DNA from: Negaprion brevirostris | Taxonomy: Eukaryota | Assembly (NCBI GenBank): GCA_030324005.1 | Contig: JARDVH010000001.1 | Location: forward strand, 105,937,297-106,001,296 | DNA: 64,000 nt | Direction: 5' to 3' | Shown: one piece after another, positions 1 through 12,836 of the stretch | Layout: each line of letters opens with the position of its first letter | Numbering within the stretch: the first letter of the stretch is position 1 | Program-made: the position numbers and the translations under genes | Notes under the pieces: generated by a model | Seen by the model: the letters and a program-made list of their open reading frames with translations, nothing else | Databases searched by the model: none | What the model was told of the DNA's origin: nothing

Positions 1-2280
1 TCTTGTAACTGCAGTGACACAGAAAAAGGATTAGCAGATCTGCCTGAAAGAGTGTAGTTAAAAATTAACTCCAGCAAAGCCAGCCACAAATGTCAGACAG
101 ACATTATTGTGAAAATATTTCGAATGTCAGACAGCCAAGAGAAATCACTTGAAGCAGTTTAAACACATTTAATGGAATAAGACTTTTTTTTAAGCAGCTG
201 ACTACATCTTGGCTTTTAATCTAAAATTATGCATTGCACATTTCAATTATGTGTAGACACAATACATGACATGTATTTTCAAATGTGGGGGGAATGTGTT
301 GGCATCAATTGCCACAAATTTGCCATGGAGGCTATAATGGGCAACGGGGTTGGGTCGATGATAGGTTGGCATGGAGAGTTTGAGAAATTGGTGAGGGGCA
401 TAGGCTGGCATTGAACGTATGAGAGGTTGTGGCAAAGAATCTATGAAAGATTATGGGATTGGGTTTAGAGGTACGGGGTGTAATGGAGAATTCTGAGGGT
501 TATGGATGAATGCAGAAGGGATGAGGTGGCATAGGGAGTGCGTGAATGGTAAGGACAAAAATGCTGTCTTTTGTTTTATTGCTTTTCTAAAACACAAATC
601 ATTGACAAAGTGCCAGTGCATCGAGGCAGGCCTTTCACCTACTCCGCCTCCACATGCAGCAGCCACCACACGCAGTCAAGGATTGCCCAGTCAGATTGCC
701 AGAGAGTCCTTCCACCCCAGAACAAAAATTTCACCTTCCAGAGCATTATCTCCCGGGATGGATTTGTGGACTGGGAAATGTCCCTACTCCGTATTCCTGA
801 CATGGGAATGAAAATTGCCACAGTGCCAGCAATTTTGCATAGTAATGTGCATCTGGGCATTTAGAAATGAATCAGGGTACTGACTATTGATGAAGGGAAT
901 CTAAACCACCAGCATCTTTATGGTGGATCACAGAGACGATGCAAATGTACTGTGTACATTCATACTGCAGCTACATTCAGGAATGACTAGAGTTACAAAG
1001 TACCAATTTTTGTTGATCATATGGCAAGGTGTTTGGGGAGCAATTTTCTGAAGCAAAAAGATAATTTTAGCAACTTTAATTTAAAAGAAATAACTTCCCT
1101 TGGTATTTTTAAGAGAATGGTGCAGGCTGGCTTCAAGATACACTTCAACTAGGTGTATTAAAGGTGCCAAATATTGTGTCTGGCTTCTGAGAAGCTGTAG
1201 ACCTGGAAATGCTCAGCACTGGCCACCCCTAATCTGGCCCCCACCAAAGCCACTGACCTTAATCAGGTAGAGTGTCTTCAAAAAACCTAAAATAATCAAA
1301 ACCCAGTCCTACTTTCAGCTTTCCCAATACAATCCTACAGAGTCAAGGCAGAAGCACAATCGAAAGAGCTATGGACTTTTGGACATGATATAAAATGATT
1401 GTAAATGTGTTAATAGTTTTAAATATTAATAAAATCTTGGGATAAAGTTCTTCCTTTGGATAATTTTAACATGAGTGCAGAACAGGAGTACACACAAGAA
1501 ACCCATGGAGTTCTCCTGATGTCATAGCCATTGGCAAAATCCTTGGCAATTACTTTTGCCTTAAGCCGAACACTATTTAGAGCAGGTGTGTACCTGTGAA
1601 ACAGCAAGCTCAACTAAATAAGGATACAACAGTACTGAAATACTAAAGTTGAAACGGATGTGAAAGCACTGGGAAATATGAAAATAATCAAAATTTTCAA
1701 AAGAACTGGAGGAAAAGTAATAACATATCATCCTCAGTGGTGCTATCCAGATTATGTAGGTAATGGAAACCTGGTACTTACTCCCCCAGAAAACAATGAA
1801 TGCTGGATTAATTAAGATGTTCAAGATTGTGTTGGATAAAGTTTTATTGGGGTGAGGACGTTAAAGAGTGTGGAACAAAGACAGGTGCATGGAATTGATG
1901 TATGGGTCAGGCATGAACTAAATGAACAGTGGAAGAGGCGCAAGGTCTAAATGACCTACCCCTTGTTCCATGTGCCTATCTTCCACTGTGGGTGGAAGTG
2001 TAAGCAAAAGTTGAGCTTGTTTCCAATATCTACAATCGGCTTTAGCGTTTTTAACTATTTTTCCAACAAATGCACTGATTTTCTGCTGAGGTAACACTAG
2101 TGGAACAGGGCAAATCCATGGAAATTCCAGATGCCTGTCTCTTACAGCTAAATGATAAGCAGGAGCTATTTGAAAATATTTAACTTGGGTAAGCTTCACT
2201 GAGGTTTTTAAGATGAATAGGATATTGTTAAGTGGTGATCTTACAAAGAAATCAAAATAGTACAAACCATTGGCACATAC

Positions 2281-2415
2281 CTGAACACTGCAAGTGATCC
2301 TGGAATAGCTCCTCCCCACAGGAAGCCACACACCGACCATACTTCATCAGCAGTGGCTCCTTACATGAAATGCATTCAAACTCATTTCGGCAGGTTGCGC
2401 ATGACTCCTCACATG
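2281..2415 (-). CDS. FRAS1: FRAS1 coding exon (~exon 14), furin-like repeat: (A)CEESCATCRNEFECISCKEPLLMKYGRCVASCGEELFQDHLQCS
   Basis: aacag|CA acceptor, G|gtatgt donor, 135 nt, phase 1-1; matches recalled human CQPQCSTCTSGLECSSCQPPLLMRHGQCVPTCGDGFYQD. Confidence 0.95.
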
Positions 2416-2694
2416 CTGTTCACAGAAACATGGTGAAGTACAGATTAGACCAACTGATTCTTCCAACAAAACAGGGCATGTAGAAATAATCCAATCTTGC
2501 TAGTTACTGCCACCACATTTTGTACTTGACGTAAACCTGTTCCAACTCCACTCAAACTGCAATGTTCAGAACTCTACAGACCTGATTTCTTTGGTTGTCC
2601 TTCACCTGAGGTTCCCAGCTGCAGAATCTGTAGGACAAAGGGAACTGGACGTCCCCCTATGTCTCACAAATTTAGCATGCGGGGACAGCAAGTA

Positions 2695-3280
2695 ATTCAG
2701 AAGAAAAATAGAATGTTAGCATTTATTGCAAATGGGGGTAGAGTATAAAGTAGGATGTTTTTCTACAACCACGGCATTGTTGATACTACATCTGGAGTAC
2801 CGAGTACAATTCTGGTCCCCTTATTTAAGTGAAGAACGCATTAGAGACAGCTCAGAAAAGGTTTGCTAGGTTGATTACTGGAATAAAGAGTTTGACCTAC
2901 AAGGAAAGGTCCAGCAGGTGGGCCTACGCTGATTGGAGTTTAGAAGAATGAGGAGTGGTCTTATTGAAACATGTAATAAGAAACCAAAAGAATTTGATGG
3001 GCCAGATGCAGAGAGGATATTTCCCTTTGTGGGGAAATCTAGAATTGGGGGAACTTCCAATTAACATAGAAACATAGATACATAGAACATTACAGCACAG
3101 TGCAGGCCCTTCAGCCTCAATGTTGCACCGAGCCATGTCCAATCCCAAGGTCAAGCTATCCCACTCCCTATCATTCTGGTGTGTTCCATATGCCTATCCA
3201 ATAACCGCTTGAAAGTTCCTAAAGTGTCCAACTCCACTATCACAACAGGCAGTGCCTTCCACACCCCAACAACTGTCTGA
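2695..3280. mobile_element. CR1 3' fragments: plus strand 2695-3060, minus-strand tail 3065-3280
   Basis: CATCTGGAGTACCGAGTACAATTCTGGTCCCC (HLEY..QFWSP); tail 3153-3270 is near-identical to 10409-10530. Confidence 0.8.
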
Positions 3281-3282
3281 AT

Positions 3283-3330
3283 AGAACATAGAACAGTACA
3301 GGACAGTACAAAACAGTACAGCACAGTACA
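3283..3330. repeat. Short simple repeat, CAGTA/CAGNA pentamer units
   Basis: AGAACATAGAACAGTACAGGACAGTACAAAACAGTACAGCACAGTACA. Confidence 0.75.
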
Positions 3331-3524
3331 TTTACATGTGAAAATTGGTGGCAAATTGGTCTTGTAAACAATCAACAAATTATGGGGATACTATATATGT
3401 CTGAACATTATTCCCACTTGATGTATAGGGGTATTGTTTCCTCCTTGCTTATAATTGTGAGTTATCCCCATGAATGATACGGAGAGCCTGGGGTCTGAGG
3501 TAGATTTGACCAGAAATTAATTGT

Positions 3525-4901
3525 CATGTTATGACATTAAAAGGCCATTGTTTTATACTTAAACGAGTTACAGGATGCTTTAAGAGCTGATCACATGATT
3601 TGATAGTGATGTCATTGGGGTGTTGCAGACTGCTGCTTTATTTTCAGATTGCAGTACAGAAAACATTTCTTTCAATAAAACCTATTGTGTATTATTTTGA
3701 ATCTACATGTACAAACCATGTTCTTTTCTTTTTGCTAAAATCCACAACCCTTAACATAGTTGGGACGTTGCGCAAAAAGAAAATTGGTGGCAAATTGGGA
3801 TTGTTATTCATCAATAACATTGAGAAAAGATCCGACAAGCTTCTGCGAAGCATGTCAAAACCAGAACATATAAAGAAAGGGAAACGACCTCTGAGATAGA
3901 AAAACACAGCCAAAGAGGATGGTTTTGTCTGTCTGTTCAGTGGAACTTGGCCAGCAGTTTGCTCTTGGGAAGCAGTAAATGTTGGTGCTTATTTTATAGG
4001 CTGGTGCTCTGTATTCCATCCAAGTAACTAATTGATGTGGAACCCATCTGTCTTCACCCACAACACCAGGAAAATTTTTAATTATCTGGTATAGACTGCT
4101 GCAGACAATTGAGACACCTGCAAGGTCTTGTAGGAATTTTAATTTGAGGTCCAATAATTGCTGTCACCTACTACGGACTGGAATGAATAAAGGATTTGAA
4201 TTAAGTGTCAGTCATTTTTGAGTGGCATTTTTGGATAGATTAAAAATGCAGTCACTAAGGGATCTGTTTGTTTATATTCCTGCTTCCTATTTGAATATTG
4301 AGCCTCTTAAAGTGATTAGCTCCTAGCCAAGCCTTTGGCCACTTCAATCAACCAACATTGGTTTAGGAAGGAAGTGGACAGCAGGAACTCTGTCATAGAC
4401 AGCAGGCTCCAAGCAATCATCTCTTTAGGTATGATCTGATTTTAGATTTAACATCAACTTTATTCTGAATTTTTCTCACCTTGTTCTTTCTAATGCCATT
4501 GATGTCTAAACACTGGGCTGTATCCAAACACTGTGTGGATATAAAGTGCTCAGACACAGTCATTCCAAATAATGTGTTCTTGGACATAAAAACATTATTT
4601 TAAAAATTAAGATTCATACTACTTTTGCTTCAGGAAAGAATATTGAAACAATTATATTTAAAGTGGGAAACGGTAGAATTTAAATTTAGAGATTTCAGAG
4701 TTTAGGGTTGCAAGTCGCTTTATGAGCTGATCACATGATTTGATGGTGATGTCATTAGGGCGTTGTGAGCTGCTGGTTTACTTTCAGTTTGTGCTCTGCA
4801 GTGCAGAGAACATCTCTTTCAATAAAACCTGCAGTGTGTTAGTTCAAATCTACATGTGCAAACCATGTTATTTTCTTTTTGTTAAAACCCACAACGCTTA
4901 A
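3525..4901 (+). mobile_element. Short degenerate LTR-type element: two ~185 bp direct repeats (3577-3756, 4717-4901) around ~0.95 kb of internal sequence
   Basis: Both copies share GAGCTGATCACATGATTTGAT...TTTCAATAAAACCT...TCTACATGT.CAAACCATGTT...CCACAAC.CTTAA; copy 1 ends in CA; purine tract AAAGTGGGAAA at ~4660 precedes copy 2. Confidence 0.6.
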
Positions 4902-5251
4902 GTTAGGACATGACAATCATAAAACTGATAGGTATACACAAAATGAATGCATATGATCCTATAGTGAAGACAGTTCAAATGAGTTACAGAAAGACAAACC
5001 TATATAATGCTTTTACAACATTAGTGCATCCTATCACACTTTAAAATCAATGAAATACTACTTGCAGTGTACTCATTGGTGTAAAGCAGAGAACACAACT
5101 GCCAATTTGCACACAGCAAGGCCTCTCGATCAGCATTGTGATCGTTGCCACATAATCTATTTTTAAGAATAAATATTGGTCAGTGCACTGGAGAGTGGTC
5201 CCCTCCTCACCTTTATAAAGCTACAGAGTCCTTCAAGTTCACATGAGTTGG

Positions 5252-7035
5252 TAGAAGGGCCTTGATTATAGTTTCATCTGAGAAGTGGCACCTCCAGCAT
5301 TGCAGCATTCCCTTAGTACCATATTGGTGCGTCATTGATGTTCAGAAGTCTCTGGATTGGGGCTTGGCTACAAGAAAATGATATTTGGAGTAATTTATTA
5401 GGCAAGGTACTGGGGGCAACGATGTTTAGGTTATCCAAAATATAATTGCAAGTCACCATGGTAGACAAAATGGTCTGGTTTGTGAGGAAATTGACATTTT
5501 CTTTTCCCCAGTTGCTTTTATCCCTATTAGGTCAGCTTGGCACAATCTGATCATTGTGAAGATCACAGTGGTGGAATTCATATCTGGCAATATCACAAAA
5601 TGGGCTGTAGTGAACTGACAACTCATTTCACACTCTATCCAATCGTCTTTACCATTTGCCTTTAATAGAAAAGAATATAAGATGGAAACCAATTCTCTGT
5701 CACTCAATTTACATTCCCTTGCAAGATTAACTCCACATTTATTAGGTCCAATCCTGTGGCAACATGCAGGAACATAATCTAGGATGACATCTCTGTGCAT
5801 TCTCTTTAAAGTCTTATCTTTAGACATTAAACTCCTGCCTGCTCTGGTGGATGGAAAAAATAAGAGCAGAGGTTCTTAGTATCTTGGTTGAAATGTATTC
5901 TTCAATCAACATCATCAAAATAGATCGGTCGTTTACTTCATCCCTGTGTATATGACTTGCTGTGAGCAAAATGGTATGTTTACCTGTATAAGAACAATGC
6001 CGGTCACATGCAGGTAAGGATTTTTTGTGCCTCCTGCAGCTTGTTTTGTAGCTGCGGAGGTGGCCTGTTGTTAGATGGCAGCGGGATCTTCTGATCCAAT
6101 CATTGACAGTGGGGTTTCCTGATTTATGCACACATCTCCTTCATCGCCACCAGGAAACTCATGATAGGGGCTGCCGATGGGACCAGAAGATCCCATCGGT
6201 GGGAATGGCTAGAAAATTCCAGCTGTTGTTTCTCTTCCTGCTCCTAGTGTTGTACAAGGCAGGCTTTCATCTGTTCCCACAGGGAGGTTTCTCCTGGGGC
6301 AGGTCCCTAGCTGTGACCAGAAGCTTATAGTTTGCGGGGTGCCATTCCTCATTAAGCATGGCTGTCCTAGGGTCTCTCCCACTCTTACTGCCTGCTACTG
6401 GCATGTGTTGGAAGGATTTCGCAGGTTGATACTCAAACTGTTGGCTACATTATGAATGGTCCTTGGCCATCAAGTCTTGGGATGGGACTCAAATCCAAAG
6501 CTTCTGGTTTAGAGGCAGGGACACTACCCACTGCTCCACATGTTCTCCTAGGTCACATGTTAAAAAGAATTAATTAACCATGAAATGCTTTGGGATATCC
6601 TGAAGATACAAGTAGTACCATATAAATGAGTGTTCCATGTAATTAACTTGAGGTGCTAATGTAACATGACAACGTATGAGTCCTCTAAAACACTTCCATC
6701 TGCAACAGGTTTTTTTCTTGTTTCAAAACATTCCTGTTTGAGAATTAGTTAGAAGTTGAACTTTAAATTACCGTTGTGATAGAAGAGGCTCTGATTATAG
6801 TCTAAAGTGAAAAGTGACACCTCCAACAGTGCAGCAATCCCTCAGTATCATATTGGTGTGTCAGCTGATGTTCACAAGTTTCTGGATTGGGGCTTGGCTA
6901 TGTTTGGAGTAATTTATTAGGCAAGATATTGGAGACAAAGACATTAGGGCCATCTAAAATATAATTCAAGGCCACCATGGTAGAGGGAATGTTTTTGCGG
7001 TCTAAGTAGTGAGGAAATTAACATTCTTCTCCCAT
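5252..7035 (+). repeat. Diverged local direct duplication: ~5252-5510 and ~6780-7035
   Basis: Both copies share SINE sequence plus the same flank TCTGGATTGGGGCTTGGCTA..TTTGGAGTAATTTATTAGGCAAG..AAAATATAATT..CACCATGGTAGA..GAGGAAATT.ACATT. Confidence 0.8.
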
Positions 7036-7371
7036 CATTATTCTTCTCTTCCCATCAATGTCCATAATAATTCTGGATGTCAGGTTCTACTGAACCACTT
7101 CACCATGTAACAGGGTGAAAGGCTTTTTTTGAACATTAGTGTTTTTACCTATAGTTTTTGCCGTAACTAAATGAGAAAAATACAATCGTCTGATGCAACT
7201 TTTTAAACAAAAGTAGACCAATTTTTTTATTAAGGTTCATCTGTCTATATCCATTACAATTCAGTAACCAAAATAAGGTATAAACTTAAAATTGTTACAA
7301 TGCAATGCTTTAGGTCATGGGTTAATGACTTAGGTATATTGTTAAATGTTCAATGATCTTGAAGGGTAGAT

Positions 7372-7673
7372 TGAGTGGCATGTTGGCACGGTGCTTAGCA
7401 CTGTTGCCTCACAAGGACTTGGGTTCGATTCCTGGCTTAGGTCACTGTCTGTTTGGAGTCTGCGTGTTCTCTCACTGTCTGTGTAGGTTTCCTCTGGGTG
7501 GTCCAGTTTCCACACACATTCCAAAAGACGCGCTGGTTAGGGTCATTGAGGGAGACGTTAGCTTGCCCAGTGTACCCAAACAGGTGCTAGAGTGTGGCAA
7601 CTAGAGGATTTTCACAGTAACTTCATTGCAGTGTTAATGTAAGCCTACTTGTGACACTAATAAATAAACTTTA
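7372..7673 (+). mobile_element. tRNA-derived V-SINE (HE1-like)
   Basis: A-box-like TGGCACGGTGCTTAGCAC, B-box GGGTTCGATTCC, V-domain-like GGAGTCTGCGTGTTCTC, tail TAATAAATAAACTT. Confidence 0.85.
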
Positions 7674-9260
7674 AACGGTAGACACTTCACTATTAATTCT
7701 GACCACAAACTGCTCTTGGCTCTCTTCAAAGAGAACAAAACTATCCCTTCAATCTCCTTGACAAGGCTTCTATGATGGACATTAGTTCTGTTCTTCTATG
7801 AATATACTTTCAAGCTCTGACCTGGAACCAAATAGCAAACGTGGATGCTCTTAACTGTCTACCCTCGCAAGAAACAGCACCACAAGAAAGCATCATGTCA
7901 TAATTTTTTTGTGAAGCATTGCCAGTTTTGGCAAAGTAGATCAGAACTGGACAAAGTGAGATCCAATGCTGTCCAAAGTGAGAGAAAAAAATTCTTACCG
8001 GACGGGTAAATTTGCCAGTTTTTGAGGAAATGAAACCATTCTGTACCCTCAAGAATAAATTGAGGTTTCAAGATGGCATCATTCTCTAGAGAGAAAAAAT
8101 AGTACTTCCTCTACCAGTCAGAGAACTGCTCCTGAAATATACAGAGCTCATCTTGACATCACTATGGTGAAGATGCTTGTCAGGAGTTATGTGTAATGCC
8201 CAAGTATTGATGCTGATACCAAGAAACTGGTCAAGTACTGTCAATAGTGCCAAATGTAACAAAGGTGCCTGCTACAGACCCACTGCACCCTTGGGAATGG
8301 TTTGGTCAGCCATGGGTATAAATCCATATTCATTATGTTGGCCCATTTGTTTGTTTTTGCTTGTGATAGATGCACCCTCTAAATAGATTGACATTCTTGA
8401 GGTAAAGTCACCCAAATCACATATTACCATTGAAAGGCTACATCAATGCTTTTCAACTCATGGATTACCTGAAATCTTGGTATCAGATAATGGAACTGTA
8501 TTCACAAGTGCTGAGTTTTACAACTTGACCATGCTCAATGGTATAAAACATATTAGAACTATATCTTATCACCGAGACAGCTGTCCAAACTTTCAAGTCT
8601 GGCCAAAAGAAATTGTCAGGGGAACATTGGAGACCAAAATCTCATGATTCCTCTAAATTTACTATATCATTCCACATGCAACAAAGGGAATTCCACCAGC
8701 GGAGCTCCTAACGAAATGTCATCTCAGAACTGAGACTGAACCTCGTGTCTACGAATTTGCCAACGAGGGTAGAAACCAGCCACAGTAATCAGAAAACAAG
8801 CCATAATTTTCATGGTAAATGAAACCATACATGTGAGAAACTTTGGTAGTGGATCAAGTTTGATCCCCGGAATTATTGTCTCTAAGACCGGACCCCTTTC
8901 ATACCAAGTAGACATGGTGGGACAGATCATTCATAAACATGTGGACCACTTAAAGAGTGAAGAGATGCTCCAGCAGTCAGAGCTGCCATCAAGAAATGCT
9001 TTCAAGCTTGTAATCACTAAACCACCCGGTTGCCCTTTTATCGATATAACTGATGTCTCCATGAACGCAAATAGAGATGAATCGCCTGTGCCAGAAGAGA
9101 TATGCATTATTGCATTTACTGTTAACATCGATCCTGTGGAATCATCTCAGACTATAAGTTATACTGCTCTACAAGGAATAGAAAACCCCCTTAAAAACTT
9201 GATTTATAATTGTACAACTTATATACATAATGCTTAGTTAATTTTTTGGACTGAGAGAAG
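7674..9260 (+). mobile_element. Degenerate Ty3/Gypsy LTR-retrotransposon pol remnant (RNase H C-terminus and integrase)
   Basis: Frame-shifted motifs GRHFTINSDHK (RNase H), QIANVDAL, HPWEW, FSTHGLPEILVSDNGTVFTSAEF and NGIKHIRT (integrase core), and VSKTGPLSYQV..HKHVDHL (integrase C-terminus, ORF 8812..9237). Confidence 0.88.
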
Positions 9261-9289
9261 TAATTATTGAAGATTCTGTAGAGTCATAG

Positions 9290-10790
9290 AGCTTTACAGC
9301 ATGGAAACAGGCCTTTTGGTCCAACTTATCCATGTGCCCCTTTTTTTAACCACTAAGCTAGTCCCAATTGCCCGCGTTTGGCCATTATCCAATTATACCC
9401 ATCTTACCCATGTAACTGTCTAAATGCTTTTCAAAAGACAAAATTGCACCCGCCTCTATTACTTCTGACAACCTGTTCCAGACATTCACCACCCTCTTTG
9501 TGAAATAATTGCCCTTCTGGACCCTTTTGTAGCTCTCCCCTCTCAACTTAAACCTATACCCTCTAGTTTTAGACTCCCCTATCTTTGGGAAAAGATGTTG
9601 TCTATCTAGCTGATCTATGCCTCTCATTATTTTATAGACCTCTATAAGACCACCACTAAGCATCCTACGCACAGAGAAAAAAGCCCAGTCTATCCAGCCT
9701 CTCCTTATAACTCAAACCATCAAGTATGTACAGAGAGTTTTCTTAATTCCCTATATGCTGAGATCCCTTAATTTTTCCAAAATTCCATAGATTTGAGGGA
9801 AGTTCCATTAGATTGGAAAATAGCAAATGCAAGTTCTTTATTCAAAAAAGGGAGAGAGACTGAGAAAAGAAGCATAAGAGTATGAGCAGCAGGCCATTCA
9901 GCCCTTTGTGGCTGTTGTACCATTCAGTATGATCATGACTAATCAGCTACCTCCTCACCATACTCCCATGTTCTCCCCATACCCCCGGCACAGAGTCCAG
10001 AAATCTATTTCCTTCTTAAATATATTCAGTGACTTGACCTCCACAGGTTCATCACTCTCTGAGTGAAGATATTTCCCTTCATCTCAGACCTAAATGGCCA
10101 ATTCCATATCCTGAGTCTGTGACCCATTGTTCCAAACTCCCCAGTCAGAGGAAACAATATCCTCAAATCCAGTCTGATCAGCCCTGTAAGAATTTTATAT
10201 GTTTCAATTAGATCCCTTCTCCTTCTTCTAAATTACAGTGAATACAGCTCCAGTCAACCCAATCTCTCTTCATACAACAATCCTGCCATCCCAGGAATCA
10301 GTCTGGTGNNNNNNNNNNNNNNNNNNNNNNNNNNNNNNNNNNNNNNNNNNNNNNNNNNNNNNNNNNNNNNNNNNNNNNNNNNNNNNNNNNNNNNNNNNNN
10401 NNNNNNNNAAGCTATCCCACTCCCTATCATTCTGGTGTGTTCCATATGCCTATCCAATAACCGCTTGAAAGTTCCTAAAGTGTCCGACTCCACTATCGCA
10501 GCAGGCAGTCTGTTCCACATCCCAACCACTCTCAGAGTGAAGAATTAAGATAGAGATCAGGAAGGATTTCTTCTCAGAGGGTGACTAATTTTGGAATTCT
10601 CTTCCCCAGGGGGCAATGGAGGCTGGGTCATTGAATATTTTCAAGATTGTGTTTAACCAGATTTTTGATGAACAAGAGAGGGAAAGGCAGGCAGGGAAAT
10701 GGAGTAGAGGCCACAATCAGATCAGCCATGATGTTACTAAATTGTGGAGCAGACGTGACAAGCCAAGTCCTACTTCTATACCTATTTCCT
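9290..10790. mobile_element. Cluster of nested CR1 LINE fragments in both orientations, spanning a 100-N gap
   Basis: ORF 9385..9672(-) GGLIEVYKIMRG..TRGYRFKL..RVVNVWNRL; plus-strand IFQNSID..VPLDWKIAN..LFKKG at ~9770-9850; further 3' ends at 9870-10308(-), 10409-10545(-), 10550-10790(+). Confidence 0.85.
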
Positions 10791-11151
10791 ACTTTCCACG
10801 TTCATGTGGAATATGTTTTCCCCAGCAGAGAAGGCAAACCGCCTCTGCCAGTCCAGTCTTCAAGCCTGTTTTTGGCAATTTGCTAGTAGTAGACCAAATT
10901 GATTTTACATAGAACACTACAGCATAAACAGGCCCTTCGGCCCACAAGATTTTGCCTCCATCCATTCTTGTGGGACATGAGCTTTGTCAAATTCTTTAAT
11001 GATGCAATTCCAATTCTTTTCCCACATCTAGCAGTGCACTAAGGCAGCCTTCTGTTTGTTACCATAGCAAGTAATTCCTGGGACAGATCACTAGTCTGTC
11101 ACCAGGGTCTTATAGCTTGAGAGGGTACCATTCCACATAACTGACAGAAGA

Positions 11152-12836
11152 CATGACAAGATCAGAAAATCCCCATAGGTCTGTACTTATTCCCTTCCAA
11201 TATTATTCCCATTTTCTTTTGAAAGTTGCTACTGAACCTACTTCCACCATCTGGTCAGGCAATGCATTCCAGATCAAAGCTCACCATAGTCAGGGAATCT
11301 CCTGCACTGTTTCCTCTAGTGCCCCTCAATGATCATTCCTTTGCCCCCTCCTTTTTCTCTGCACATGTGACTGACAGAAGTCTCTCCCCCTCTTACCACT
11401 AGTACTGGCAGTCTGGAAGGACTTGCAGTTTGACAGACTCAACTTGTTTGACCATGTTAGGAATGCATCTTCCTTGATATTAAGTCCTGGGGTAAGATTC
11501 AAACCTGGAGTTTCTGGCTCAGAGGCAATGATGCTAACCACTGCACCACAAGACCTCCTAGTTTATGAGGGTAGTGCAAATAGTGTCACGTACATGAACT
11601 TTCAAAATACATTTGACCAACAACAACTTGGATTAATATTATGCTGTTAATATAATAAAATGTCTAAAGGCACTTTACAGGAGTAATAGAGAACAAAACC
11701 TCACACCAAGTCACTTAAGGAGACATTAGGTCAGAGGAAGATGAGGCAGAGATATACAGGGAAGGAATTCCAGAGCTTAAGGACAAAGCACCCGAAGGCA
11801 AGATCACCAAAGAGTGACTAAAACAGAAAATGTTCAAGAGGCTAATATTGATGCTGCACAGAGATCGAAATGAATTGTCGAGGTGAAGGTGTTTATGGCA
11901 AGAGGAGCGAGACCATGAATGTATTTGGAGACAAGGATGCAAATCTTAATACTGAGGCAGTATTGATCAGTAGTCAGCACAGAAGAGATTGGTGAGTGGG
12001 GCCAACTTTGTATTAGACACAGGCTAAACAAAACGGAAGTTTTGACTGAGGTTAAGATTGCAGAGGGTAAAGTATGGAAATTAGACCATAAGTGCTTTGG
12101 AATAAGAAAGTCTAGTTGTAAAAAAGTACAAATGAGGGGCTTCAACAGCTCATAGACTAAGGCAAGGGTGGGTGATATTGCCAATATGGAACTAAGCAGT
12201 CTTACTGATAGTGCAGATACGTGATTGAGGACGAACACGACACCAAAATTGTGAATAGACTGGTTCAGCCTCAACAGTTTTCAGCTAGAAGGATTAAGTC
12301 AGTAACTACAGAACTGATTTGAAGACAGGTACTTCCCCTTGCAATATTTACTTGGAGGAAATTCATTCTCAGCCAATTTGGACTTTTGAATATGTGTCGA
12401 ACAAAAGTGGAGGATTTGACAAAAGGTCACATGGACTCAAATAGTCAGCGCCTTTTTCTCTCCTTACACATCTGTCAGACCTGTTGAGAGTTTCCAACAT
12501 TTTCTTGTTTGGTCAAACACAGAGGTAGGGTAAAGAGAGTGAGAGCTGGGTATTGTAAAGTGGTAACTTGCTCCATGATTTTAGATGGCATCGCCAATGG
12601 CAATTGAGAAAAAGGAGGGGGCAAAGGAAAGATCATTGAGGGGCACTGGAGGAAACAGTGCAGGAGCAGAAGATAAACCATGTTAGGTGATTCCCTGACT
12701 GTGGTGAGCTTTGATCTGGAATGCATTGCCTGACCAGATGATGGAAGTAGATTCAATAGCAACTTTCAAAAGAAAATTGGATTAATACTGGAAGGGAATA
12801 AGTACAGACCTATGGGGATTTTCTGATCTTGTCATG
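11152..12836. repeat. Long inverted repeat: arms 11152-11359 and 12606-12836
   Basis: CATGACAAGATCAGAAAATCCCCATAGGTCTGTACTTATTCCCTTCCA...CCCCTCCTTTTTCTC is the near-exact reverse complement of the right arm, apart from one ~22-nt indel. Confidence 0.9.
11630..12400 (-). mobile_element. L2-type LINE 3' fragment
   Basis: ORF 11834..12274 pieces (HNFGVVF, SPISSVL..KI.ILVSKYIHGLAP) resemble the L2 ORF2 C-terminus. Confidence 0.65.

Noticed and set aside
1-2280. Search for the next FRAS1 furin-repeat exon (CHESC..CWGP-like)
   Set aside because: No matching Cys pattern with splice sites; region contains decayed repeats.
7372-7440. A-box/B-box motifs as tRNA genes
   Set aside because: They are SINE heads followed by V-domain and LINE-like tails; no complete cloverleaf.
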